A DNA stretch of 64,000 nt from Podarcis pityusensis. Lineage: Eukaryota. The notes beneath the pieces were generated by a model that ran no database searches, had not been told where the DNA came from, and saw nothing but the letters and a program-made list of their open reading frames with translations. Within the stretch, counting starts at the first letter, position 1. Each line of letters starts with the position of its first letter. Of this stretch, positions 40,801 to 53,177 are shown piece by piece. The position numbers were made by a program, and so were the translations under genes. Location of the stretch: the NCBI GenBank assembly GCA_964106645.2, contig OZ067038.1, one strand, 5' to 3'.

Positions 40801-41183
40801 GAGCGACCCACTTTAGGGATAAACTTCAAGGCCACCACCTGCCAAAAAATTATTATTATTATCATTATTATTATTATTATTATATTATTATTATTATTAT
40901 TATTATTATTTTAAAAGGCTGGAAATGTGTCATACACTGCTTTCCCCTCTGTCTGTCCCTGAGAAACTCATTGTGAAACAATGACCACTGCAGGCTCAGG
41001 AGCAGACTTCTAATATAGCAATCTTTGGAAACAACTCTCCCTAAATTAACTCTCTTGCCTGTTGATGAGATCTATCCCCCTGTTCCCTTGTACTCTTACC
41101 TGTGCACTGTATTTGCGACGCCCTTTGTACACTCTTCCAAAAGAGCCTTCGCCAATCATCTCCAAGACATGATACATCTCCAT
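22874..41183 (-). CDS. STK36: Serine/threonine kinase 36 (Fused homolog), complete CDS, 26 coding exons, 1324 aa
   Basis: Exons in transcript order (+ coordinates): 41100-41183, 40698-40838, 40076-40153, 37786-37916, 37450-37699, 36517-36610, 36227-36396, 35935-36131, 35173-35287, 34925-35068, 34221-34400, 33303-33400, 32856-32961, 32209-32350, 31473-31600, 31258-31362, 30989-31084, 30426-30520, 29621-29684, 29037-29147, 28825-28899, 27413-27584, 27022-27169, 25602-25761, 24395-25138, 22874-23020. All are GT-AG, total 3975 nt, one open frame. Kinase motifs [21 protein letters not shown] and APE are present, followed by a C-terminal HEAT/ARM region ([16 protein letters not shown]) and the end [15 protein letters not shown]. 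Confidence 0.97.
23371..23555 (+). mobile_element. CR1 LINE 3' end
   Basis: Typical CR1 tail GACTCTCCTTCCTTGGAAG...CCCTTCCAAC...ATTCTATGATTCT. Confidence 0.8.
26090..26440 (+). mobile_element. Sauria SINE, near full length
   Basis: tRNA-like head with B box GGTTCGAATCCC, core CCTGCCAACCTAGCAGTTCGAAAGCA, tail CAGGGGTCCTTTAACTTT, and imperfect TSD TGTTACACCAAGC / TGTTATACCAAAGC. Confidence 0.9.
31930..32143 (-). mobile_element. CR1 LINE 3' end
   Basis: Reverse complement of the same CR1 tail (CATAGAATCGTAGAGTTGGAAGGGACCCC...). Confidence 0.82.
35371..35640 (-). mobile_element. Sauria SINE, 5'-truncated
   Basis: Reverse complement of the Sauria core and tail (GTAAAGGACCCCTG...AACTGCTAGGTTGGCAGAAGCTGGGAC). 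Confidence 0.85.
38166..39319 (-). mobile_element. Young 5'-truncated L1-clade LINE (ORF2 C-terminus, 3' UTR and A-rich tail) in STK36 intron 4
   Basis: Uninterrupted ORF ending at 38579 with zinc knuckle [14 protein letters not shown], an A-rich tail, and an 18-bp TSD TGTACCCTTCAGGTATTT at 38148-38165 and 39320-39337. Confidence 0.92.
39459..39635 (+). mobile_element. tRNA-derived squamate SINE (Squam3-like)
   Basis: A box TAGCTCAGTGG, B box GGTTCAATCC, tail GAGCTAGATGGACTAATGG...GGCAGCTTCCTAT. A partial relative lies at about 25835-25950. Confidence 0.75.
40850..40909. repeat. (TTA)n microsatellite next to the STK36 exon 3 acceptor
   Basis: Directly visible imperfect trinucleotide run of about 60 bp. 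Confidence 0.95.
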
Positions 41184-41959
41184 GATGGGAATGTGGGGAA
41201 GGGTGGGTATTAATCTGAAAGGGCAGAGACAAGAGATTAAGCTAAACACGAACAGTAAATGAGAAATGTAAGCACAATGGCAAAGCATGTCAATTCACAA
41301 TACCATTTTGCAAAATTATTATTATTTATTATATTTGTATACCTCCCTTCATGTGAAGATCCTAGGGCTGTTCACAACAGAAAAATGCAAAATAAGCATA
41401 CAAATCATGCACATGTGGTCAAAACCAAGAATCAAAAAGGAAAACCGGAGCAAAGCAGTCAGAAAAGGTTGGGGAAAGGGGAGTAGACTCTGGCAAAGCC
41501 AATATGACATGCATATCAGGCAAACAGCTCTAAAGAGGGGTCCCAGATCTCAGAATAGTTGTGCTTTTTGCATCTCCAGGCAAAATGCATGAGATGCATG
41601 ACAAGAAAGCTCTCCAACCAAGGAACTATTGGAGGAGATATCAAGTCCTTGCAATGCTGTAAAACCAATCGCTTAGCCACCAATAAAGCATGCAAGTTCC
41701 AGGACATTAGGATATAACAGAGCCATCCATGACCATCCAAATATTTCAGGGACAGTCTCATAACAAAATTAATTTGAGCAAGCACCTTCACCGAAAAAGA
41801 AGCCAATGCAAGGCATGTTTTTAATGCTTCCCAAGAAAAAAGTTAAGGCACCCCTGCTCCAAAGTGCCCATCAGGAGTCCATCAACACACACAGTCTTTT
41901 TAGCCATCTTCTTGCCTGCACAACTCTCCGAATCCCTTTTGCTATACTGTATAAAGTCC

Positions 41960-42720
41960 TCACCCGGCCACGGCGTCTTGAGGAGCCTCCTAAGGCGACG
42001 ATCCTACGCCCACCTACTTAGGAGTAAGCTCCACAAAAGTGAAATGGGGCAGAGAAATGCACAGAAGGTCGGGCTGTGCGCTGCAGCCCGACACCGGCTC
42101 CTTCGCCTCAGCCTCCTCCTTCCAGGTCAATCCAGGGGAAGGGCAGAAGCACCCACGTCCCACCCGGCTCGTCTGACAAAGCCTTTGCCGCGCTGAGCCC
42201 CGGCGGGGGCCGTTGGAACCCGGCGGCTCGAGAGTAGGGCCGGGCGGGGCGGGGCGGGGCGGACGGAGACTAGTTATCAGCGCAGGCCCCGCGCAACGGC
42301 GTCTCCCGGCTGTTGCCTAGCAACCCCCAGCACCGGAAGAGAACCCGGCAAGCGTTCCAAAGCGGTTGAGTTTCCGGGCCTGTCAAGATGGCGGCGACCG
42401 GCGATGGCGAGGAGCAGGAGGAGTTGGCGGCGGATTGGTAAGGGAGCGGTTCGGCCTTCTGTGTCCTCCTTTCTCTCTCAGCTGAAGGCAGATGAGCAAA
42501 TGGCTGGCGTATCCCCCCCCCTTCCTCCTCTGTTTTCTGTAGCCCAGGCCATCTCATCACGAAGGAATTTTTTTGTTTCTTCGTTCGTCTTGTTCTTATC
42601 TAATGTTCGACATGTACGATGTGGTTCGTCATCTTCCTGGGTCTCGTCACAACAGGGAGTGAGCTAGCACACGGTCCCCCCGCCCCCCGCGCGCTATTTC
42701 TGAGGGTAGGGGGCTGAGAG
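41960..42720. promoter_or_regulatory. CpG island / bidirectional promoter shared by STK36 and RNF25
   Basis: The main CpG-dense region of the window, lying between head-to-head genes. It contains tandem GC boxes (42242-42262), X-box GTTGCCTAGCAAC (42312-42324), ETS core CCGGAAG (42333-42339) and YY1 motif CAAGATGGCGGC (42384-42395) overlapping the RNF25 ATG. A candidate donor for STK36 non-coding exon 1 (CGG|GTGAGG) lies at 41964 on the - strand. Confidence 0.85.
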
Positions 42721-45700
42721 AGAAAGGCAGCGCCCAGTAGCCGAACAAGCAGCGATATGAATCTTATATCCAAGCCAAGTGCAAAATCCACTCCCTGGGC
42801 CAATCCTGTTCCTCCTCGCCCTTTGGTCTTCTAGCAGGGTTGGGGTTTTTTTTTTTTTTTTTTTAGAAACTCCTTATGAAAAACTGTAGATAGAGAAATA
42901 AATACCTTCTCTTTACCGCACAGTTACCTGGCTAGAAGCATATGCCAACTGAGATCTCTTCTCAGTCAGCTGTTGTTATGCCACTGGTTCCTTATGGATA
43001 TTATGAAAAAATACTCCATGCAACAATCTCACTCTCGGTTAGTATTACAGCTGTGTTTCTGCCCTTTGCAGTATGGAGCTGTGTCATTTTTCAGCCACAG
43101 AATCAAAACAGAAAGAGAATGACAGCCCTTCTCAAGCATGGTAAACTACCCACTGTTGTGGGAATTGTGTGTAAGGTAAAATTCTGAGAAGTAGCCAGAG
43201 AGAAATGTTTTTGTAGTTTTCATTATCACTGGCAGCAGCAAAGGTCTGCTAGTTTAGACTGTGCCCCTTCACAAGTGCCTAGCCTCTTAAGCGTTTTAGT
43301 GGCATTTTTAAAATTCAGGTTATTATGTTGGATTGCCACAAGATGTCAGCATTTACAAATGGGTTACATGACCCCCAAAACCTAAGTTAATGTAGGAGTC
43401 TAATGTGGTGTGTGTGTTATTTGTTCTTCTTGAACACGGATTTGCCTGCCATGGTGATATTCTAAAGCAGTTTTGCCCTGGTGGGCTAGATCTTTATCTC
43501 TCCCACCCTAATGGGCCAATTTTGAGAAGTGTGTGGGACCACCTACCTGTCAATCATTTGGTGACATATTGATATCAGGTGATTGACAGATGGATTGTTC
43601 CAACCTACTGTCATTGTTGGCCCTGGGGGAGAATTGAACTCCATTTGCATCAGCTGATGCAAGAGAACACTCTATGTGTTTCTGTCCTGCTCTGTACATA
43701 CTGGGAAGTGCCAGTCCTGTCCCAGCAGGAAGAGGCTGATGTGCTTGATCTGAGCTGAATTGAACTTCCTGAGCATCAGCTAATGCATAGGAGTTCAATC
43801 CTGATTTCTATCTGCCCCACGCATAACATCATACATGATGGACAGGAGAAACCTGAGGAAATTAGCCTTATATATCATATGATTTATTTTTTTTCTTACT
43901 CAGGGCTCTGCCTTCAGAAGTGGAAGTCTTGGAGTCCATCTACTTGGATGAGCTACATGTGTCTAAAGGAAACGGAAGGTAATTGCAACCCTAACCCTAA
44001 CCCTTTGCTGGTTTTTTGTTTTAAAGTATTGATCACTCCTGTGATCTTGCATATGTCATTGTGGAACTTGATTCCTGGTTTAGAAGACTGTACCCTGTTT
44101 TTGGATTAGACTACAGTGTCCTGCACAAACTCGGAATGAATTGCAACCCCTGATTCATGTTTGTTAATTTCTCAAAATATTGGTCACTTCTTTTTTCCCC
44201 TCCTTGTATTTGATACTACCATTCTGAAATAGTTATCTTTGTAAGAATATGGGGTGGGGAGAATGGAAGGTCTGCATTATGCCTGCTTCAATCTTCTTTC
44301 AGCCTGAGAAAGGAAGGAATAACAACCCACCTACATTATCTCTCCTATTCCATCTTCCTTTCATTTGACACCAGACCCTCACTTGAGCCTTTCTTCAACC
44401 CTAGGTCTGTGCCGTGGGAAATATCTATCACCCTTCATCCAGCAACTGCAGAGGACCAGGAGTCTCAGTACGTCTGCTTAACCTTGGTGCTATCCGTGCC
44501 TCTTCAGGTAAAGCCTTGTATGACCTGAGTGACTGTTTTGCTATATAGCACTTTAGCATGGCTGTACTACTCATTTTGACTTGGCTTTGTTTCTTATTAG
44601 TATCCAAATGAAGTGCCAAAGATAGCCATCCAGAATCCTCGAGGGCTGTCAGATGAGCAAATCCAAAAGTAAGTGTATTATGCAAACTCTTTCCAGTTCA
44701 GTGCAAGAAGTAAGGTTTTCTTTGTTTCAGTCTGTCACACTTTTAATGGAAAGTGTGGGGAGGTGGGAGCTTCTTTATATTGTGTTCCACCTGCCCAATG
44801 ATCTTATGTGGAATATGTATTATGCAGCTGTTCTCATAATTTAGAGCTGTGCTGTGAAGGCTGTTGCTATGTTACTAACATTGGGAGCATGGGGAATGAG
44901 GTTACAAACAAGACTGGAAGTTCTAATCATGTATGCAACATGTTTGGGTACATATAAATTAATTATGGTGTTTGTGTGTAAAATTGGCATTGGGAGAATA
45001 CATGTTAAAGGAGATATTTCCCTTAAAAGTTATTGATAGGTCGACAAAATTAAGAGATGAGAGGCAATGCATCTTGGTACATTACTGTATCAGAAATGCA
45101 GCCTCTTCATCCAAAACAAAGTCCCAGCTTCTGTGGCTCTTTACACGTGGCTTACTAGAACCTGCTTTTCCTTCCCTGCTTTCCCTTCCCCTAGAAGGGC
45201 TTCAAGCTGCTTTTTCAATTTCAGTCTGGTACCACTTCCTTCTAATTTGTACTGAAGTAGCTACTGTGTCAGATGAGATACTGGGTGAGAGGCTGGCGCC
45301 CATCCTGTGTTGGTGTTGAGATTGCTATTGCAAGTGGCTGATTCAGCCACTCCAGTTCTTGCCATCTCACTTCCCTGGACATCTATTCTAGCCTTTCTCC
45401 TTACCCTGCCCCCTTTTTTGCCTCCATTTTAGGATTTCCCAGACACTACAATGTACTGCTGAGGCCCAGCTGGGTACAGCTATGTTATATGAGCTAATAG
45501 AGGTAAGAGAACAGAAAGGGGAGGCAGGCTGTCCAGACCTATGGCTTGGGCTGTTGCGCCTTTATTGTGTGAAATGACAAACTGACCCTCTCTGTCTTCA
45601 CAGAAGGGAAAGGAAATTCTTACAGACAACAACATCCCTCATGGGCAGTGTGTGATTTGCCTGTATGGTTTTCAGGTAAGGGCATGCTGGATTGGCATAT

Positions 45701-48700
45701 TGTTTTCATTTGTGTGGAGCCATAAAAGCACTAATATATGGAAGAATGAGGTGAAGCTGGGACTCACTCAAAAAGGAAGGAAGAGGGAACGGGAACTTGT
45801 TGGGATGTCTCTAGATCCCTCCCTAGTGCTGTGTTGCATTCTGTTCTGCAAAAGTGTGTGCATGTGTCCCCACAGTGGGAAGGGGAGTAACAGTGGGAAT
45901 GGGGTGCAAAAAGCCCTTGTTAATGTGATTGTTTGAATCTGAGCCAGCATCCACATATATTACATATGAATTGAATTGAAATTGGATTGAATGGGAATTA
46001 TTATTTCAATGTATGCTGAAAACACACAGTGTAGCTGATTTATATTAATAGGAATCTGTGCCTTCCCCTGTGCAGGAAAATGAAGCTTTCACTAAGACAC
46101 CATGCTACCACTACTTTCACTCACGTTGCCTTGCCAGTTATACAGAGCATATGGAGGAAGAAATCCGTGCAGAGAGGAAAGAAAGAGTACAGCTTTTGGC
46201 ACCTCCTCCCAAAGAGGTAATAGCTCCTTGCGTGCACCCCACAGCTGCTCCTAGAACTTCACCAACTTTTTCCTCCAGGAATGGCTTCTGAATCTGGATC
46301 AGTATTTCCAGTTCATTTTGGTTATTAGTTACGGCATTGAGAGCTGTGGACAAGATTTTCCCAGATAGATGTTGAAATGGTTTTCCACGGTTCAGTGCTG
46401 TGCATACATTCGCATTTGCAAGTTATTTTGTCTACAGAGAACAAAATGTTAAGTGATGTGTAAAGTCTGGGAATCTAGTTAAAGACCAGAGGAGATGGTC
46501 AACATATCTTCCTTTGCTTCAAATACTAAAGAACTGGGGTTCTGTAGATAAAGGCAATCTTCACAGCTGCAGTACAAGTGACCAAAAAGTATACTCACAT
46601 TATATCTTCTTGAACACCTGTGTTGGTGTGTTTCCTGGTGGAAAAGATTGTGAATGGACTTCAACATACACAAAAAAGCTTTGCCAAGAAACAAAAGTTA
46701 TCTTCCTCCACTCCCAAACAATAGAATAGTTCTGAGGGCAGGGTTGCTAGTGGTGAATCTTCACTCTGAGATAATTTTTGCACTAGCTTTGATGCAAGTT
46801 GTGATTGCATTAGGAAGGCCCAGTAGCATCTTATAAAAGAGAACGCTTTACTGATGGATGTTTATAGAATGGAATTAACTAAATTCCCAGGAGGCTTGGA
46901 TGATGATCTCAGAATCCAGGCTGCCCCATGACCCTTGTAGTCAAACTGCACAGCACTCTTCTGCCGATAACACTGTTGTTGAGTGCTAGAGCTCCCCAGG
47001 ATGAGTAGCAGTTTATCAGGAAAATACTACTCTTAAGACACACTGGCGGAGTATGAGAACAGTAGCTGTATATCCCATGACTAGGTCTAACCAAGGCTGA
47101 ATTTTGCTGTTATTACCTTCTGTACAGGAATTTGAAGTGCAGTGCCCTGTGTGCAGGGAGCCTCTGGTTTATGATCTTGCAACATTGCAAGCAGCACCAC
47201 CTCCACAGCAGCCAATGGTAAGGAAACTTTAAAAACAGACCTTTCACATGGACTTGCTGCTCTTTAAAAGATGCACCAGGCAGGCACCCTCTTGCTTCAC
47301 TAATCTCTCTCACTTATTGGATCTGTTGGGCAACCCCATTTCTCCAAATGAGCTCTGTTAAGTGTTATTTCCAAATAATCATATACCTGGTGCTCTGTAT
47401 GCCTGCAGGTGGCTATGAGTTCTAACATTCTTGTCAATTTTTACTTCTACACCAGGGAGAGGAAATTATTTTCAGCCAGGGAGCTGTCTTCCTTTCTATT
47501 CAACCTTCCAGGGGCCACATAGGAATTTTATTGTTTGTATAGCAGGCTAGTTTCACACCCCTTCTTCATTTAGGCAAAAAGTATTAACAGAGTGAAACAA
47601 CAGATATATTCAACCCGTGTCTTTGCTTCCCTGTTACACAATAGGTAGTACATTTAGTTGTGTTTAAAAATACAGTGGTGCCCCGCAAGACGAATGCCTC
47701 GCAAGACGGAAAACCCGCTAGACGAAAGGGTTTTCCATTTTGGAGGTGCTTCGCAAAACGAATTTCCTATGTGCTTGCTTCGCAAGACGAAAATGTCTTG
47801 CGAGTTCCTGCGGGGTTTTTTTCCTTTCCCCCCCCTTTTTCCCAAGCCGCTAAACCGCTTAACAGCTGATGCTAAGCCGCTTATCAGCTGATCTTTAAGC
47901 CGCTTAACAGCTGATGCTAAGCCGCTTATCAGCTGATGGCTAAGCCGCTTATCAGCTGATCTTTAAGCCACTTAACAGCTGATGCTAAGCTGCTTATCAG
48001 TTGATCTTTAAGCCGCTTAACAGCTGATGCTAAGCCGCTTATCAGCTGATCGTTAAGCCGCTTATCAGCTGATCTTTAAGCCGGCTAAGCCGCTAATACT
48101 GTAGCGCTAAGCCGCTAAACCTCTAATGGGCTTGCTTCGCAAGACGAAAAAACCCGCAAGACGAAGAGACTCGCGGAACGGATTCTTTTCGTCTTGCGAG
48201 GCACTACTGTACCAGCTTAGGTTCTAACTAAGAATCCTCTGGGAGGAGCATGCTGTGAGTGGAGTTTTACTAATGAGATGCTCTTGCCTGTGTAAGGAGG
48301 TGGGAGGCTGCATTTCCCCCCCAGTCTTTCTCTCTGCCTGCCCCCCGGCAGCCCCTTTGCCCATCAGATCTGGAGGGTTGAGAGACCCAGAAGGCTCTGT
48401 TTGGGCCAGCCATCTAATTACATGCCTCTCTTTCCTCAGGAGGTGTACCAACCTGACACACAGACACTGCAGCACAGAGAACAACTGCGCCTGATCTATC
48501 AGAAGCAGCAGGAGAAAGGAGGCATCATTGACCCTGAAGCAGAAAGAAATCGCTACTTCATCAGCCTGCAAAAGGTTAGTACAGGCAGCAGGAGTACAAA
48601 GAGGATAACGGTCATAGGGAAAGAATGAAACAATGGAGGTAGCAATTTTTACTTGCTGAGACATCCTGTCTTGTAGCACAAGAGAGAGCTTTGATATTTG

Positions 48701-49641
48701 CATCCTAGTGCTGATGACTTTTGTTGCTGGCAATTTTGCAAGTTACTATAGGGAAAGATTTAAGCAGCAAAGCCTGGGGAAGACAGATGGGGTGACATCA
48801 ATATATTAATTCCTGTGGGATCTTTGCCACTCAGACTGAGAATCAAGCCTGCTGTGTTTATGCATTTTCTGCCCTTCATTTTGGTTTCTATCCTTTTTAG
48901 CCCCCAGATACCACTGAACATGAACAAGTAGCCATCTCAGAAAATGTTCTGGATACTGACAAGGAACTGAGGCCATCAGCAGGCTCAGAACATACCCAAG
49001 GAACTGCAGAGGCTGCTGTTCCAGTGAGGAATGAACCTGAAAAACCAGAGAGACCTTCTGTCCCTTTGCATTTCCATAGCAAGAGAGAGAGGACTCGAGA
49101 GGAGAAACCATCTATACAAGGCGCTGGCTGGCAGCTGCGCTACAAGTCACTGGAGACACCAGCAGAAACTCATTGTCTTCTCACTGTTGAGGGAAAATCC
49201 AGAACCTTCAGTAGAAGACCCAACTGGAGAAAGGAGAGGGGACAGCGAAGCTGTGGGAGGTACAATCAAGACTTCTCAAAATCTTGCAGCAGAGACCAAG
49301 TGTCTTCACTGGTGGAGAAAAAAGAGCTGCGCACCAGAGGAATCTCACCAACCAAAGAGGGAATGTATTTGAGAGAGGAGAAAAATGTCGTGGGGAAATG
49401 GACGCAGGAGCAGAAAAGTCAAGCCCATGACAGCAAGGAAGTAAACTTGGAGGTTAGCCATAATGAGCTCTGGGGGTCGGCCAAGTGGCAGGGTCGCCGT
49501 GGGATGCAGGATTGTAGGCAGTGGGAAAAGACCAAGGGCAGAGAACCTGGATCTTATATTAAAGTGCCAAGAGGCCGAGGACGCACCACATTGAACTCAA
49601 GGAGAGAGCTGCAGAGCCAAGAGACTGAGGATGGCTCCTAG
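42388..49641 (+). CDS. RNF25: E3 ubiquitin ligase RNF25 (AO7; RWD + RING-H2), complete CDS, 10 exons, 514 aa
   Basis: Exons 42388-42437, 43904-43978, 44405-44507, 44601-44668, 45433-45502, 45604-45675, 46076-46216, 47128-47217, 48440-48574, 48901-49641; total 1545 nt in frame. Motifs: LPSEVEVLESIYLDEL, YPNEVP (RWD), CVICLYGF...CYHYFHSRC...CPVC (RING-H2), GGIIDPEAERNRYFISLQ. Poly(A) signal AATAAA at 49852-49857. Confidence 0.96.
47673..48209. mobile_element. Tc1/mariner MITE, family A, with an expanded internal minisatellite (RNF25 intron 8)
   Basis: Same TIRs and TA TSD as 3639-3978, with ten 22-23 bp tandem units at 47851-48076. Confidence 0.9.
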
Positions 49642-52600
49642 CAGGCAGGAGTTGAGGCTTGAGGGGCTTTTTCTAGGGGTGAACACTGGTGATTTTGTTG
49701 TGCTGTCAACCATTGGCCTGGATTGTAAGGAAAAGCAGATCTGTCTTGAAATTCTCCTCTCGGCCATGGGCGGTTTATGTCTTGCAGAGTAGGGGTATAT
49801 TGTCCTCAGAGATCAGAATTACTGTCTGTGGACTGTAGTAAATAACTGAATAATAAATGGTAGCCAAATGCTATTGCCCATGGGTAAACTGTAGGATCTT
49901 ACAGTGAATCAGCGCTGTGTAGAGGACTGTTTGAGGCTGAATCACTGAACTAAAAGCCAAGCTTGAAAAATAACTATTAAGTAACCCTGTTCTAAAATAG
50001 GTGCTAAAAATAGAAGGACCATAAGGGAGTACAGGTCTCCTTGTTTACTGTCCAGAACTATGGAGAGGACTTGCCATTAATAGTGTCACTATTTTTAGAC
50101 ATGCCTTATTGATGGTATTGGCATATGTGAAAAGAGTTGGACTTGAATCAACATTGACTTGGCGGCTGTTGACCACAGAGGGTCCTTTAAGCCCCCCAAC
50201 TGTGGCCAGACTGAATGTTGGAGTCTCCCACTGCCTCACTGTAATTGGCTAATGTTCAGTAGTGATTGACCTTGAACTGCAAACATCAAACATGCCTATT
50301 CTAAAGGGCCTTTAAATTATAAGAAGTCCAACTCCTTACTCACCCAGTAGTTGGATTTGAAGCAACGAAGGCTTCAGCTCCAGGTACACCAAGGCTCTTG
50401 TCTTTGCCTGTTTTCACAAATGTGATATCCTGCAATGGTTTACTAACTGTAATCCTGTCCAGAGTTCACGTGACTTATGTTTTGGGTCTTATCATCTTTG
50501 ATTCGAGCCAAATTTGGTTTTGTTGGGGTGAGAAGTCTCTCATGCTCAACTGGCTTTCCCCTCCTAACCTTATGGCTTTGTGTATGTGCATTCACCCACA
50601 CACCATTCAAGAACAGCTCTACTCTCCATTTGGGAGGGTAATACCAATGCACCTACCTATTTTTAGGCTACACAGTCCCTGTCATCTCCCTCAGCAAAAT
50701 GCAGCCTTGTCTTCATGGGTATTTCTGCTCAGAGGAGGAATCTGTAGCAATATGGAGTACATGTGGCCACTATGCAGACATTTCGAACAGACTTTCCTCC
50801 ACTTGTATTTCTATTTTGTCACATATTTATGGCCTTCCTCCCCCCACAACAAATTTTACCCTAGGCTGTGTGAAAGTTCCCAAGCTGCTTAAATTCCTTA
50901 TATGTCTGCAAAATGTCCCCCCACCACCCCTCCCCAAGTGAAGCTTTGCCAGACTTCATAATTTTCCTTTTCTGCTTAGCCACAGTAACATTGTAGATGT
51001 GTGACAACTTTACAGAGCACAGTGGCCAAAATGACCTTACAATAGAAGTGTGACTGATTTTAAACCAGTTCATGCTAGAGGCTAAAGGATGTCATTACTT
51101 ATTTGCATGCATGCACATATACCAGTTTGAGCAGTTCTGCCTATTAAAAGGATTGATGTGAGATTGATTTACCTCCCTGCACTGTGGTGAGGTGGAATTT
51201 GTGGTGATGTGATGCAAAACAGGAGTATTAAAAGCAATTTGAGTAAACCAATCTATGATTCTCTTTCGTGGATAAGGAACATAGCTGCTGTGCTGCATGT
51301 GATGAGACCATTCAACATTAGAAACCATCTAAAAAGAGGCAGGGAGGTAATAACCTATGACCCAAGTAGTTTAGCTAAAATGAGGAACCTTTTGATTATA
51401 AATGAAAAACAATCGGGTTCTAATCTTTCTGTTGGATTCACATTTTCTTTTTCTTTTCTTTTTTTTTGTAAACTATTCTTCTAAGGAGAAAGGCTGCTTC
51501 ATTTTGCACCACTTGAAACTTCTGAACAATAATGAATGGTAGCCTACATAGAATATAAAACATGGGTAGCACAGTATGTAGATCCTGATTGGCTTTTCTG
51601 GACAGGGTTATAATACCGACATAGGTCCAGGTCCAGGAATACCTAAAAGCTATACATCTTAGGGACTTGGGTCATAAAAACTGACCCAAAGGGGCTAATT
51701 GGTGAGCAAAGTGCATATAGCTCCTGTAGTGTGCATTAGGTAAAAAAAGAAAGAGAAGGTAAGAGCTGGATGACAAGCTACTTTATTAGAGTACACAAAC
51801 TGTTCATTTGATCTTGGATGGATTATTTCAGATTACCTGTTAAACTGAGCAGTCTTCCTGATTTGCTTGAACCAAACATATGCAGATATACAATGTCTGA
51901 CTCTGCCCTATTGAGCAGCCATCTTGATCTGAAGGGAGGTTATACAATGATGAACACTCATCCTGATGTGTGGAGGTTATATATATTTCCATCTATATAT
52001 ATTTCCATCTTTTATATTATATTATATTATATATTTCCACACTTTTTCATGCATTTCCCAAATTGCAAAAAGTCTGGTTTTTAAATGTGGATTTTGTTGC
52101 AGCAAAGCACTTATTCTACTTAATTGTATAGACTTATTTTTCTGATATGCAACTGAATCCCTTCAAAATGTGTAATGGGAGGGTGCCATGTGAGAGGTAT
52201 GGTAGAAGAGAGAGATGAACGTGCTCAAAACTGGAACAGGAGCCAAGCATTAGACAAGTAGGAAGGGATGAGGCTGGGAAATAAAGGGACAAGAGGAGCA
52301 ATGGAGTGAGGGTACCATGTTGTGGGACTGAAGGTGAACAAAATACTGTTTGCCCCATTTGCTCTCTAGGACTGCTGAGATCCTTAAAAAATAGCCATCA
52401 CTATTAACAAGTGTTTGATTATAGGGCATACACAGCGTACTCATGGAGGAAACAGCTCCTTTTTTTTCATTCTGACATCCTTGGTGAATGGCTGTGCCTT
52501 CTTTGAGTAGGTCTCAAGGCTACTGGATCTGTGCTGTTGATCACATCCTCTGCTTGACACTTTCCCCTTCTATTGTTTTGCTGTCTCCTGATAGTTCTGC

Positions 52601-53177
52601 CTTCCTTTTTACCAACTGCTCTCGATCCTTTGAGGACTCTCGCCCTCATTTCATAAACCCACCCTATTTTCTTCCATCATGTCCACATCCAGAAATTTCT
52701 TTTATAAAATCTCTGAAGTGCAGGATCTGTTTCTTCCTGAACCTTCCTAGTCTTTCCCATGCTTTCGCCTATTTGTCTGTGATATATTAGAGTTACTGTC
52801 CCACCCACATGCGTACAATAAGTTGATGACTGGGTTAAAACTAATACCTCAAGTATCTTCTCTCTCCACCCCCCCCCCCCCAAATGTATGAAAGAACAAT
52901 TCCCCCTTCCATGTTTTGCTGTTGTAACATTGGCAAGAAGAGCAAGTGCTGTTTCACACCTGGGTGTTGCTATAAATAGAAGTGGAACCATCCGCCTCAG
53001 TGGCACTGACAGTACGTCCTAACCCAGCCTGCATGGAGAACCTCATTGTAACCATTAATTCAGATCAAACAGACTTGGGAATTGTTAGAGATCTGGCAGT
53101 TATGTTCACAGTATACATAGCTTACTGCAAGGGTCCTTCTCTATTTAATATTAATGTTGCACACACACACACACATA

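Noticed and set aside
43987-44004. Interstitial telomeric repeat (AACCCT)x3
   Set aside because: Three units are too few to imply a fusion or telomere-healing event.
47851-48076. CRISPR-like array of palindromic repeats
   Set aside because: The units are directly tandem with no unique spacers, lie inside a MITE in a eukaryotic intron, and there are no cas genes.
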